Positions 38,070-46,976 of a stretch of 64,000 bases of DNA are shown piece by piece; the stretch's first letter is position 1, and each line of letters starts with the position of its first letter. Made by a program: the position numbers and the translations under genes. Under the pieces are notes generated by a model. That model was not told the origin of the DNA. It saw only the letters and a program-made list of their open reading frames with translations, and searched no databases. Source of the DNA: Erysipelotrichaceae bacterium (lineage in GTDB: Bacteria > Bacillota_I > Bacilli_A > RFN20 > CAG-826). The DNA is taken from positions 252-64,251 of the forward strand of contig SVBB01000009.1 of assembly GCA_015059105.1 (NCBI GenBank). Reading direction: 5' to 3'.

Positions 38070-38822
38070 TTATTCTATATCGATATTGCGTTTATACAAC
38101 CATCTCATATGGCTACCTAAAGCATGATGTAAATTTGGAATTTTAATGTAACCATCCCATGGGTAAGTGTTATCTGCAACCATAACATATGGCGGATACT
38201 GCTTAACCGCGTCGGCAATCATATTAAGTGCTCCGCCGCCACCGAAGATATTATAGTTACAACCAAATCCGTGGTCTTGCAATATCAATATATCTGGTAC
38301 CTTGTTGTTATTGGCAAAAAGCGCATCATAAGTAGCTATCGCGTCTGCTTTTAAAGCAATAACAGCAAATCTATCACAACCGTGTTCATCGCCATATTGT
38401 TCTTCTCGTTCAAAGACAAACACTAAACAATAACTGCCGCTAGGATCAACAAAATCTTTCATGGCTTCGATGTCTCTAGGGGTAGGGTGATAATGTGGTT
38501 TCCATCCTTTAGGAGACATCTCTTTTTCTTGATATTCAATAACACCAATATTCCTATACCCCTTCAATGCGTTTTCTTCTGTCAATGCATTTATAATGCT
38601 GTCTTTTTCAACCAAATAATCTACATAAAAGAAAGTATGTGCGTAATGGGCAATATTAAACGTTTTAATTGCTTGTCCGTCATATCCTGAACCAGGATAA
38701 TAAACAATACGGCCAGCATTGAAAATCTCTTCAAAAGTTGGTTTGTCACCTTGTTTATAATTTGCTAACCAAGTAGGTGTTTGTTCCACACAACTACTAA
38801 AAAATTCTGCAATTGTTCTCAT
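38070..38822 (-). CDS. hypothetical protein, possible Rossmann/SAM-MTase-like fold
   Basis: RIVYYPGSGYDG ... TFFYVDY resembles a beta1-Gly-loop followed by an acidic beta2 end. RBS AGGAGA. Confidence 0.3.
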   Translation of the reverse strand: MRTIAEFFSSCVEQTPTWLANYKQGDKPTFEEIFNAGRIVYYPGSGYDGQAIKTFNIAHYAHTFFYVDYLVEKDSIINALTEENALKGYRNIGVIEYQEKEMSPKGWKPHYHPTPRDIEAMKDFVDPSGSYCLVFVFEREEQYGDEHGCDRFAVIALKADAIATYDALFANNNKVPDILILQDHGFGCNYNIFGGGGALNMIADAVKQYPPYVMVADNTYPWDGYIKIPNLHHALGSHMRWLYKRNIDIE

Positions 38823-38875
38823 AAATAATCTCCTATAGTTACCATTATGATAACATTTGTTACTAAATATAAATA

Positions 38876-38904
38876 GGGTGCCAGCACTTTAACACTGACA
38901 CCCC
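38876..38904 (-). terminator. GGGTGTCAG-loop-CTGGCACCC followed by TATTTATATTT
   Basis: Lies 3' of the DUF2130 gene. Confidence 0.55.
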
Positions 38905-38915
38905 ATTATTTCTAT

Positions 38916-40277
38916 TTATTCTTCGTTATCCTCGTCAGAACCCTCTTCTTTTTCCTTTTTAGCCTTTTCAAATAACTCTTTCATTGTAGGGTTACCATGG
39001 GTGAGTTTTTTGACCGATAAGTCTTGTAACTTGTCATTGGCTAATCTGAGATTGCGGTCTGCACCTAATAGTCCTTCTTTAACTTTATTTAGGTGATCGA
39101 TAGTCTTGTCAATCTCTTCAATAGCTTTGTTGAATCTATCGGTCGCTGCAGAGTAGTTCTTTCCAAATCTTTCTTGGAAATCAATTAACTTATCTTCGAA
39201 GTGAGTGATATCAAGATTTTGATTCTTCACAATCATAAGTTCATTCTTATATCCCGCAGATTGCTTTGCGGCGTTATATAGTAATGAGATGATTGGTAAG
39301 AAACACTGTGGACGAACCACATACATCTTTGGGTATCTGTATGATACATCAACAATACCCGCGTTGAAGTAGTCATTATCTGGTTCAAGGGTGGACACGA
39401 GCACTGCATATTCACAACCCTTCTTCTTTCTATCCTCATCGAGTTTCTTATAGAAATCTTCGTTCTTATGTTTAGTCGCAGTTTCATCCGCTTCATTCTT
39501 CATTTCAAACATGATGGAAATGAGCTCCGCTCCTTCATCAGTTTTATCTCTGAAGACGAAGTCACCTTTTGTGCCTTCTACAACATCATTATCTTTTTCA
39601 AAATATGCATTTGGATAAGATGTCATTCTTATAGAGTTGAAAGAATTGAGACAGTGTTGTTCTAATGTTTCTCCTAATAACTTAGTAGAGCTTTTAGCCT
39701 TGAGGTCTTTATAGAAGGCAATCTGCTCATCCTTCATCTTCATGTCTTCTTTATATTTATCTTTTAAAGATTGTTCTTTTAAGACATATTCTTTTTCTTT
39801 AGAAGCGATGTCATTGTTGAGTTCTAAGATAACCTTTTCTTTTTCATTGACCGCTTTATTAATCTCACCTTCAATGCTTTGTTTGAGCAAGACGATTTCC
39901 GATTTGAGTCTAGCGATATCTTCTTTCAGTCTATCTTTCTCTCTTTCTTGATCGTTCATCTTGATGAGCAAGTCTTTGCCATATCCCTCATTGAGTTTAT
40001 CGATTTCATTCTTCTTTTCGATATCTTTTAATTTGATATCGGATTCAAGATTTTGAATCTTTTCTTTTAATTCATTGATAGTCTTTTCTTGGCTATTCTT
40101 CGTTTGTTCTTTGACGAGCTCTAATTGGGTTTTGTTTTGTTTTTCAATTTCTTCCACTCTTCGGGAGAGTTCTTTTTCAAATTCGTTATTTTTCACTTGT
40201 GAAAGGATTTCATCATATGTTGAATCATCAACAGAGAATACTTCACCACATTTTGGACACTTAATTTTTGCCATCAT
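38916..40277 (-). CDS. DUF2130-like protein (N-terminal Zn-ribbon, long coiled coil, C-terminal globular domain)
   Basis: [16 protein letters not shown], a K/E-rich coiled coil, then a conserved C-terminal half. Confidence 0.55.
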   Translation of the reverse strand: MMAKIKCPKCGEVFSVDDSTYDEILSQVKNNEFEKELSRRVEEIEKQNKTQLELVKEQTKNSQEKTINELKEKIQNLESDIKLKDIEKKNEIDKLNEGYGKDLLIKMNDQEREKDRLKEDIARLKSEIVLLKQSIEGEINKAVNEKEKVILELNNDIASKEKEYVLKEQSLKDKYKEDMKMKDEQIAFYKDLKAKSSTKLLGETLEQHCLNSFNSIRMTSYPNAYFEKDNDVVEGTKGDFVFRDKTDEGAELISIMFEMKNEADETATKHKNEDFYKKLDEDRKKKGCEYAVLVSTLEPDNDYFNAGIVDVSYRYPKMYVVRPQCFLPIISLLYNAAKQSAGYKNELMIVKNQNLDITHFEDKLIDFQERFGKNYSAATDRFNKAIEEIDKTIDHLNKVKEGLLGADRNLRLANDKLQDLSVKKLTHGNPTMKELFEKAKKEKEEGSDEDNEE

Positions 40278-41071
40278 TAGTTGCCTCCATACTTTTCTTT
40301 AAATTCATCAATTACCTCTAGCATTCTTTCTGGTAATTTGTTTCTCACTGCTTTAACAAGTTCAGCAGGTATGTCACCGTAATATGCTTCTGCAATCGCA
40401 CAGCTCATCGCGGCAGTAGTATCACAATCCCCACCAATACTAATCGTTGTTCTTAAACAGTCTTCAAAACTGTTAGAGATTAAGAAGCAATATAGTGCTT
40501 GAGGAACACTGGTCTGACAAATCTCAGAATCGTGCTTATATGTTCTTCTTAACTCTTCATAATCCAGGGTAGCGATTTCTGGGTACTGGCTAAGTGCATA
40601 TTCTCTAATGTCTTTTTTATCACATTTCTCTAACGCCATCGCAATGCATCTCGCCACTACAAATGCGCCCTTTAATCCTTCAGGGTGGTTATGGGTACAA
40701 GCCGTTGCTAAATGTGTATAATTAAGCAAATCATCAGTGTTACCAGCATATGCCCAGCCTACGCCTGAGATGCGCATCGCACTACCATTACCACAGCTGT
40801 TATATGGTTTTGGATTAACTTCATAAATCCAGCTTATAAACCTATTACCATATCCAGCATATGGGTATCTTCTAGCCCACTTTTGCAAATATTTCGCTGC
40901 AGAAGTGGTATTTTTTTCATTTTCATGTAATACCCAATCCATCAAAGCAATGGTTAATACAGTGTCATCAGTAAACTTGCTTTCTTTACTTACTAGTTCA
41001 AAGTCTTTTGTCTTAATATTGTTAAATTCAAATCTGCTTCCAACAACATCACCAATAATTGCACCTATCAT
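40277..41071 (-). CDS. ADP-ribosylglycohydrolase family protein
   Basis: [41 protein letters not shown]. Confidence 0.85.
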   Translation of the reverse strand: MIGAIIGDVVGSRFEFNNIKTKDFELVSKESKFTDDTVLTIALMDWVLHENEKNTTSAAKYLQKWARRYPYAGYGNRFISWIYEVNPKPYNSCGNGSAMRISGVGWAYAGNTDDLLNYTHLATACTHNHPEGLKGAFVVARCIAMALEKCDKKDIREYALSQYPEIATLDYEELRRTYKHDSEICQTSVPQALYCFLISNSFEDCLRTTISIGGDCDTTAAMSCAIAEAYYGDIPAELVKAVRNKLPERMLEVIDEFKEKYGGN

Positions 41072-41271
41072 AATTGCTTTCCTCCTCCTGCTATATATTC
41101 TCTAATTGCTTTTTTAATAAAATTGCTCATGTTACCTGATGCTTTTAAGGCATCGATTATATCCCGATCTTTATCATAACGGCAATTAATTGCAACTGTC
41201 TTAGATACAGGTCTTATGTACGATATTTTGTACCTATAAATATCATCGTTTGCCACGTCTATATTCCTCAT
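41068..41271 (-). CDS. small RHH-like protein
   Basis: DRDIIDALKASGNMSNFIKKAIREYI. ATGA overlap with the next gene. Confidence 0.45.
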   Translation of the reverse strand: MRNIDVANDDIYRYKISYIRPVSKTVAINCRYDKDRDIIDALKASGNMSNFIKKAIREYIAGGGKQL

Positions 41272-41344
41272 TATCTTTCTTCATTTCTTCAATTGATCCT
41301 TCTTCAAGCGCGTATCCTAACGCCCCTCACCATGTAGGAAAATA

Positions 41345-41399
41345 CTCGCTACAAAATTACTGAAAATTCAGTAAGAAACACGATTGCAGCGAGTTTTTT
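41345..41399. terminator. long hairpin CTCGCT...AGCGAG with inner TTACTGAA/TTCAGTAA stem; T6 on plus, TATTTTCC on minus
   Basis: Lies 3' of CDS 41529..41933. Confidence 0.55.
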
Positions 41400-41528
41400 G
41401 TTGCCGTTTGGTATTCGATGCTTAATAAAAAATAAGTGTTATTATGAGAACTCATCTATAAATAAAACGCCTCGCGATAAATCTTTGAGTAAAGATGATA
41501 TGGTAGGCGTATGAGAAAACTCGTTACA

Positions 41529-41933
41529 TTAGAAAACGTCAATATTTGATTGGCTATATACCCCATCATCACAAATGACTTTAGCGAATGGCTCGCCTTT
41601 TAGTATTTTGTTATATTGTTCAAGTGTGCCGTCAAAGATGACGAGTTTGCTATTGCTTATATCAGAGAACGCACATTGTTCAATAAGCTTCAACGAATTT
41701 GGTAAAATCACATGTTTTAGGTTTTTACATCCACTAAAAGCGTCTTCTCCGACTTCAACCACTTTGTTTAAGTTGAGACTTCTAATATCTAAGTTGTCTT
41801 TGAAAGCTTTTTTACCAATTATTTCAACACAATCTGGAACTGTTACATTAGATCTGTTTCCTGCATAACTAACAAGAGTTTTATTCTCAATGATAAATTG
41901 ACAATCTATTTCATTCAAAATTCTATATTTCAT
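41529..41933 (-). CDS. small BspA-type LRR protein
   Basis: VPDCVEIIGKKAFKDN..LNLNKVVEVGEDAFSGCKNLKHVILP. Confidence 0.65.
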   Translation of the reverse strand: MKYRILNEIDCQFIIENKTLVSYAGNRSNVTVPDCVEIIGKKAFKDNLDIRSLNLNKVVEVGEDAFSGCKNLKHVILPNSLKLIEQCAFSDISNSKLVIFDGTLEQYNKILKGEPFAKVICDDGVYSQSNIDVF

Positions 41934-41952
41934 ACCAATTCTCCCAAATACC

Positions 41953-42204
41953 CTATGATTCCTGGGCTATCTGCGCCCCATCTTTATCGTATAGTCTAAT
42001 AATTCTCCAAGTCTTAATAGTTTTTAAAACATGATATTGTTCACTTTGTTTTCGAATTAATTCTTCGAAGTGTTTATTTGCTTCATCGATATCGCATTCA
42101 TCTGACCAGATGAGTTCTAATTTATCTTTGATATCAAAATAATTATCTTTCCAAGAGATGATACCTCTATCAACTCTATCTAGTGTTAAATAATATCTTT
42201 CCAT
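41953..42204 (-). CDS. hypothetical protein
   Basis: Track ORF, 2 nt from the FtsK-like stop. Confidence 0.45.
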   Translation of the reverse strand: MERYYLTLDRVDRGIISWKDNYFDIKDKLELIWSDECDIDEANKHFEELIRKQSEQYHVLKTIKTWRIIRLYDKDGAQIAQES

Positions 42205-42206
42205 AA

Positions 42207-43505
42207 CTATTTAATAACCTTAAGCCCTTTCTTTTTATCCATCTCAGGAGATACTAGTCCATCTTTTTGTAGACGTTCAAACACTCTATTTGCCCTATTA
42301 AAACCAAGGGAACATTCTCTTTGTATTTTACTTACTGAAACATATTCTTGTTCTAATACCCAGTTCTTCACTTTTTCATATGCTTCATCGTTATCAATAA
42401 TAGGAGCAGGATTAGCGGATAATGGTTCTACAGTTTTATATTTTTCTTTTAACTCCCCTATTACTTCTCTAACTTCCGTTGATTTGATATATGGAGCCTG
42501 TAATCTTAATAAGTCCTTACGGGAAATAGTGGGAGATTTAAGAAGCATATCACCAAGTCCCCCTAGATATTCCGCGCATGAATCATTAATGGCAAAGATA
42601 GAATCTGTATCTGTCGCGGTTGCAAAACACACGACAGTCGGGAAATTATCTTTCATCGCTTTACTTAACGCATTTGTATCGATTCTCTGCATAGAAAGAA
42701 TGATATGAATACCAGAGGCTCTTGCTTTTTGAAGCAAAGATAAAAGTGGTCCTTTCACATCATTGACGGATTCATATAAGTCCATATATTCATCAATCAC
42801 AACGATGATATAAGGTAGTTTGTCTTTATGAGTCTCGTTATATTCTTTGATAGAACATACTTCTTCCTTTTCAAATAAGACATATCTATCATTCATCTTT
42901 TGAACAAGGGAATATAAGGCTTCTAATGCTTCTTTCCCTTTATTGATAATTGGTCTATATAGATGTGGTAATTCCTTATATGGATGCATCTCCACATATT
43001 TAGGGTCGATTAAAACAAACTGCACATCACTAGGTGTGTTTCTTTTAATTAATGTGGTTAATAAGCTATGTAAGAAAATAGACTTACCACTTCCAGTCGT
43101 GCCGGTCACTAATATATGTGGAAGAACACATAAATCTTCTTGAATGAGTTTACCCTTGATATCAACCCCAAAAGGAATAGACATTGGATTGTTATTAAGT
43201 TGGTCATAGATATCATCATAATTAACGAAATCACGATGTTCATTGACGATTTCTATCCCACTATAAGGTTCATTAGGAATAGAAGGAACAAAACGGAGAT
43301 AAGAAAGACCGAGTCTCACTCGTAAGTCAGGAATGATACTAGAGAGGTTTTTCACTTTTTCATCTTTTTTATATTTGATATTGAATCTCGTATATGTAGG
43401 ACCAGATATATAGCCCACACATTCCGCGAGGACATTCATATCTTTAAATGTTTTATTGATTAAAGTTTTTCTTTCTTCGTTAACTATTTTATTATCCTGT
43501 CTCAT
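42207..43505 (-). CDS. FtsK/SpoIIIE-family DNA translocase, soluble, with C-terminal gamma-like wHTH
   Basis: VTGTTGSGKS, IVVIDEYMDL, IHIILSMQR, VSVSKIQRECSLGFNRANRVFERLQKDGLV. The likely start is MRQDNK, after AGGGGGA. Confidence 0.8.
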   Translation of the reverse strand: MRQDNKIVNEERKTLINKTFKDMNVLAECVGYISGPTYTRFNIKYKKDEKVKNLSSIIPDLRVRLGLSYLRFVPSIPNEPYSGIEIVNEHRDFVNYDDIYDQLNNNPMSIPFGVDIKGKLIQEDLCVLPHILVTGTTGSGKSIFLHSLLTTLIKRNTPSDVQFVLIDPKYVEMHPYKELPHLYRPIINKGKEALEALYSLVQKMNDRYVLFEKEEVCSIKEYNETHKDKLPYIIVVIDEYMDLYESVNDVKGPLLSLLQKARASGIHIILSMQRIDTNALSKAMKDNFPTVVCFATATDTDSIFAINDSCAEYLGGLGDMLLKSPTISRKDLLRLQAPYIKSTEVREVIGELKEKYKTVEPLSANPAPIIDNDEAYEKVKNWVLEQEYVSVSKIQRECSLGFNRANRVFERLQKDGLVSPEMDKKKGLKVIK

Positions 43506-43701
43506 AACGATCCCCCTATTTATATAATAACTATTCTTCTTCTGTGACTTTTTTATTTCTTCTAAAACTACCTTTACCTTTCTTCGGTTTGAAGACTGTT
43601 CCTCTAGTATTTTTCTGCACTTCAAAATGAAGCTTGTTTGGTAGCTTAGTTTGGTCAACTTTAATATGAATAGTTTCTTTTTCTACCATATATAAATAAT
43701 A

Positions 43702-43902
43702 CTATGCTTTCTCTTCTCCAATAAGGGCTTCATGCACGATATCAAAGCATTTGTTGATAACGTGTTCTGGGTTAAGTGCTTCAATCACTTCTTCCATATT
43801 AACAACAGAGTTAAGTTGTTTGCTGTCATATGCTTTCTGTAAGAACATATGGGCCATAATCGCTCTTGTTGTTTCATCTTTGCTATTACAAATAAATCTC
43901 AT
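43702..43902 (-). CDS. hypothetical protein
   Basis: Track ORF. Confidence 0.4.
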   Translation of the reverse strand: MRFICNSKDETTRAIMAHMFLQKAYDSKQLNSVVNMEEVIEALNPEHVINKCFDIVHEALIGEEKA

Positions 43903-43907
43903 AATAC

Positions 43908-44561
43908 TTATTTCCTTTCTTCAGTGATTTTATTCACTACTTTCATCAATTCTTCTGCATCTTCATATGTTTCAATATCAACATCTTCTACTGGTTCTTC
44001 TGAAACTGGTTTATGATTCTTAAGCGCTTCTTCTAAGGTTAGATCGCCATAAATCACTTTATCAGCTTCATCCATATAAAGACCCTTGTCTAATAGGTCA
44101 TCTAGTTGTTTTAAATATTCTTCATTACTTTGTAATTCTTTTACTTGTTCTAATAACACTTCATCTGCCCCTAAATGATTATTATCAGGTGACTTAGAAG
44201 CCGCTTGTTTTAATAACTGACTAGCTTTTTCTTTATCACCATTATCTAAATAAATAAGGGCCATTGCCATTGAGGCATATAAATCGAGATGTGATTCATC
44301 TACTTGAATCTCACTATCATCATATAGAACTTGGATGCAGTTTCTTGATGATTCATAATCCTTATTCATCGCATATGTATAGGCAACAAGAGAGATATCA
44401 TCATCCTCCATATCTAACTCTAATTCAAGGATCATATCCATCTTCATATCCGCATATCTATGTGCGTTCTTAAAGTCTTTATTTACAATATAGTGATAAA
44501 CAATCTTGTTATATCCAGTAACACCTTCATTCATTAGTTCTTTTAATTGTTTTTCTTCCAT
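43908..44561 (-). CDS. hypothetical acidic helical protein
   Basis: Track ORF with RBS AAAGAGGAAG. Confidence 0.5.
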   Translation of the reverse strand: MEEKQLKELMNEGVTGYNKIVYHYIVNKDFKNAHRYADMKMDMILELELDMEDDDISLVAYTYAMNKDYESSRNCIQVLYDDSEIQVDESHLDLYASMAMALIYLDNGDKEKASQLLKQAASKSPDNNHLGADEVLLEQVKELQSNEEYLKQLDDLLDKGLYMDEADKVIYGDLTLEEALKNHKPVSEEPVEDVDIETYEDAEELMKVVNKITEERK

Positions 44562-44761
44562 CTCTACTTCCTCTTTCCGTTATCATCGTAAAACGAAAAC
44601 AATAGTGAAGAAAAACAAGTATCAATTTTGTACATAAAAATGAACTTTATAGAAACTGGGTGCTTTAACGAAATATAGCAAGAAGTCGCCCATCTTGATA
44701 TGACTAGGTCATCGCGAAGCCATCAAGATTATCTATAACTTCTATAATTGGAGTATGTCAC

Positions 44762-44854
44762 ATATTTGGATACGTTCAATCATAAAATCTCTTTTTGGTT
44801 AATTGCTACCTTTTTTTCGATTTCTTCATATAACTTGATATTGTATTCTTTCAA
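44762..44854. repeat. 92-bp repeat, copy A (about 90 percent identical to 49151-49241)
   Basis: The minus strand reads ...LKEYNIKLYEEIEKKVAINQKEIL*, i.e. the tail of a decayed gene. Confidence 0.85.
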
Positions 44855-44872
44855 GAATAATCAAAAAAACAG

Positions 44873-46195
44873 CTATAAAAACATAATTAAATAAATAGGT
44901 AGAGTTACAAGATTATTTTCTTTTTTTACTATGTTCTTATTCCCAAAAACAAATCCAAAAGGAATTTTATAATTACCATTAGGGTCCACCAGTTTAGGAA
45001 TTGCTCTAAAATTCGTCTGATCTTTTCCTGACTTTATTTCAATAGGCAAAATAGAAAGATTGTTGTAATCATTGATTAAGAAATCAACCTCACCAACTTT
45101 TTTACTATCAAAATAATATAGTTCATGACCGTGAGCGATCAATTCCATTGCCGCTGCAGTTTCATACGCAGAGCCTAAATTAACTCCTTTATCTTGGTTT
45201 AAAACCGCATCAATGCTATTTTTGTATAACACATTAGTTAATATGCCAACATCGTTATAATAAAGCTTAATAAGATTCTTGCTACTAGATTCCGTTAAAG
45301 GAAATACAGGATTGCTAACTGCTTTGACTGCATGAGCAACACCCGAAGACACTAGGTAATCAAATTCATCTTCGTATTTATTAAGGGTGTCTTTTTTATT
45401 ATCATCAATTTTATTTGCTTGAATTCTTTTAACGTTGTTCCCCATTCGGGAAGCCATCATTTCATAAATTCTAGTTATTTTTAATTTGTGCTCTAAATCA
45501 TATTGCGAGCAGTCGTCTTTATAATAAGTGTACGTTAATGAATGTACTCCTCTCATTTCCATGACATTTTTATTGGCCACAAATTGTTTTACTGCATCAG
45601 GAAGGCCGCCAGAAAGAAGATACTCTTTAAATCTCGAAAGGAGAACCGAATGAACAACATCAGTGATGGGTTCTAATTTATCAAAGCATTTTTTGACGTA
45701 TTCAATCACATCCTTGCCAACATGACTTGCCCATAAAAACTCCTCAAAATCCATAGGAAACATTTTGACTTCTTTAATTGAACCCATTGGAATAAATGTA
45801 TGCTTAAGCGTAACACCAAGAAGAGAACCACTAACTATATAAGAATACTTTTTCTCTTTATTAAGTGGTTTTAACATCGATATCAAATGCGGGTATACCT
45901 GGATTTCATCTAAAAAGATAATCGTGTCTTCTCTTGTGCCTAGTTTGTCGCCAAAAAGTGATGATACCACAAGATAGAACTTATCGGCGGTATTAACTTT
46001 AGCGTGTTCAAAATTTCTTTCGCCATCAAAATCATCTTTGAGGTTTATTTCAATGTAGTTTTTGAATTTTGCTTTAGCTAGTTTATTGATGATATATGTT
46101 TTACCAATTTGTCTAGCGCCCTCAATAATGAGTATTGTTTCTTTGTCACTATCCAAATATTCATTGATTGTTGTTTCAATTTTTCTTTTAAACAT
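44873..46195 (-). CDS. AAA ATPase with PD-(D/E)xK-like module (AAA_14/DUF4143-like), copy 2
   Basis: IEGARQIGKTY, IFLDEIQ, EVDFLI...PIEIKSGK. Confidence 0.7.
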   Translation of the reverse strand: MFKRKIETTINEYLDSDKETILIIEGARQIGKTYIINKLAKAKFKNYIEINLKDDFDGERNFEHAKVNTADKFYLVVSSLFGDKLGTREDTIIFLDEIQVYPHLISMLKPLNKEKKYSYIVSGSLLGVTLKHTFIPMGSIKEVKMFPMDFEEFLWASHVGKDVIEYVKKCFDKLEPITDVVHSVLLSRFKEYLLSGGLPDAVKQFVANKNVMEMRGVHSLTYTYYKDDCSQYDLEHKLKITRIYEMMASRMGNNVKRIQANKIDDNKKDTLNKYEDEFDYLVSSGVAHAVKAVSNPVFPLTESSSKNLIKLYYNDVGILTNVLYKNSIDAVLNQDKGVNLGSAYETAAAMELIAHGHELYYFDSKKVGEVDFLINDYNNLSILPIEIKSGKDQTNFRAIPKLVDPNGNYKIPFGFVFGNKNIVKKENNLVTLPIYLIMFL

Positions 46196-46217
46196 TGTTT
46201 AATCCTCCAGTAATGAG

Positions 46218-46295
46218 ATTTTTCCAATAAAATTATGTCACGATATTAGGATTTTTCCAATACTTTTTAACGCAGAATACAGTATTTTTCCAATC
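46218..46295. repeat. 3 direct repeats ATTTTTCCAAT(A/C), 33-bp period
   Basis: Units start at 46218, 46251 and 46284. The motif is related to the 24397-24481 array. Confidence 0.85.
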
Positions 46296-46304
46296 ATCCA
46301 TCTC

Positions 46305-46400
46305 TTCAAAAAGTTATAATTGAAAAACTCAAAATAGCGCACCGCTGTCACCTATTCAGGTAAAATTTTAATGATTATTAATATAATAAATGATATGTAC
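46305..46400. repeat. conserved intergenic module, copy A (GTCACCTATTC at 46347)
   Basis: See 24859-24950 and 49238-49300. Confidence 0.7.
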
Positions 46401-46550
46401 AAACTATTAGAATGGTTCGTCATAATCGCTCATAATGATGGCCATATTATATTCATCAGTGTTTACACAGTATAAAGAGACATCAACGTGGTCTTTATAA
46501 TAGATAGCTTCATATCTTAAAACTACATATTCTTTACTATGATCAATTGT

Positions 46551-46892
46551 TCATTTAGAGATAGCGAGATTAACTTCATATTCCACTGGATTAAGAGACA
46601 CAAACTCAAAATCATTAGAGGTGAATCTTAATTCTATTTTTGTTTCTTTTAAACCATTATCATTCTTACTATCTTCAAATATAACTGTTTTAAGTCTAGG
46701 ACCTAGAGGCATATCTTCTAGATATACGTCTTCTTCCACTTCTTCTAATCTATATACCTTCTTCTTCATAGATTTAAAGTCATAGACTTCAAAAGTCTTA
46801 TCTTCTTTATCTTCTTTATTAACAAAATGGTTATAGAAATCTAATATATATAACTTATCGTTATCTAGGATATTAAATGCAAAGAAAATCAA
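46551..46892 (-). CDS. hypothetical protein; the frame stays open for 45 more codons after its TGA
   Basis: ...LAISK-TGA-TIDHSKEYVVLRYEAIYYKDHVDVSLYCVNTDEYNMAIIMSDYDEPF*, running to about 46413. Confidence 0.4.
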   Translation of the reverse strand: MIFFAFNILDNDKLYILDFYNHFVNKEDKEDKTFEVYDFKSMKKKVYRLEEVEEDVYLEDMPLGPRLKTVIFEDSKNDNGLKETKIELRFTSNDFEFVSLNPVEYEVNLAISK

Positions 46893-46976
46893 TATATTTG
46901 CATGTTTTTCGATAGTAAATAAATAAAGTGGTAATTAAATACCACTTTACATTATTAGAACCAAAACATTATATCG

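Noticed and set aside
41345-41399. A small plus-strand RNA ending at the T6-terminated hairpin
   Set aside because: There is no promoter or conserved structure upstream on the plus strand. The hairpin is adequately explained as a bidirectional terminator for the minus-strand LRR gene.
46551-46553. Genetic code 4 (TGA=Trp), suggested by an in-frame TGA
   Set aside because: ORFs of 800-1100 aa are intact under the standard code and encode Trp with TGG. A code-4 genome would break them with TGA.
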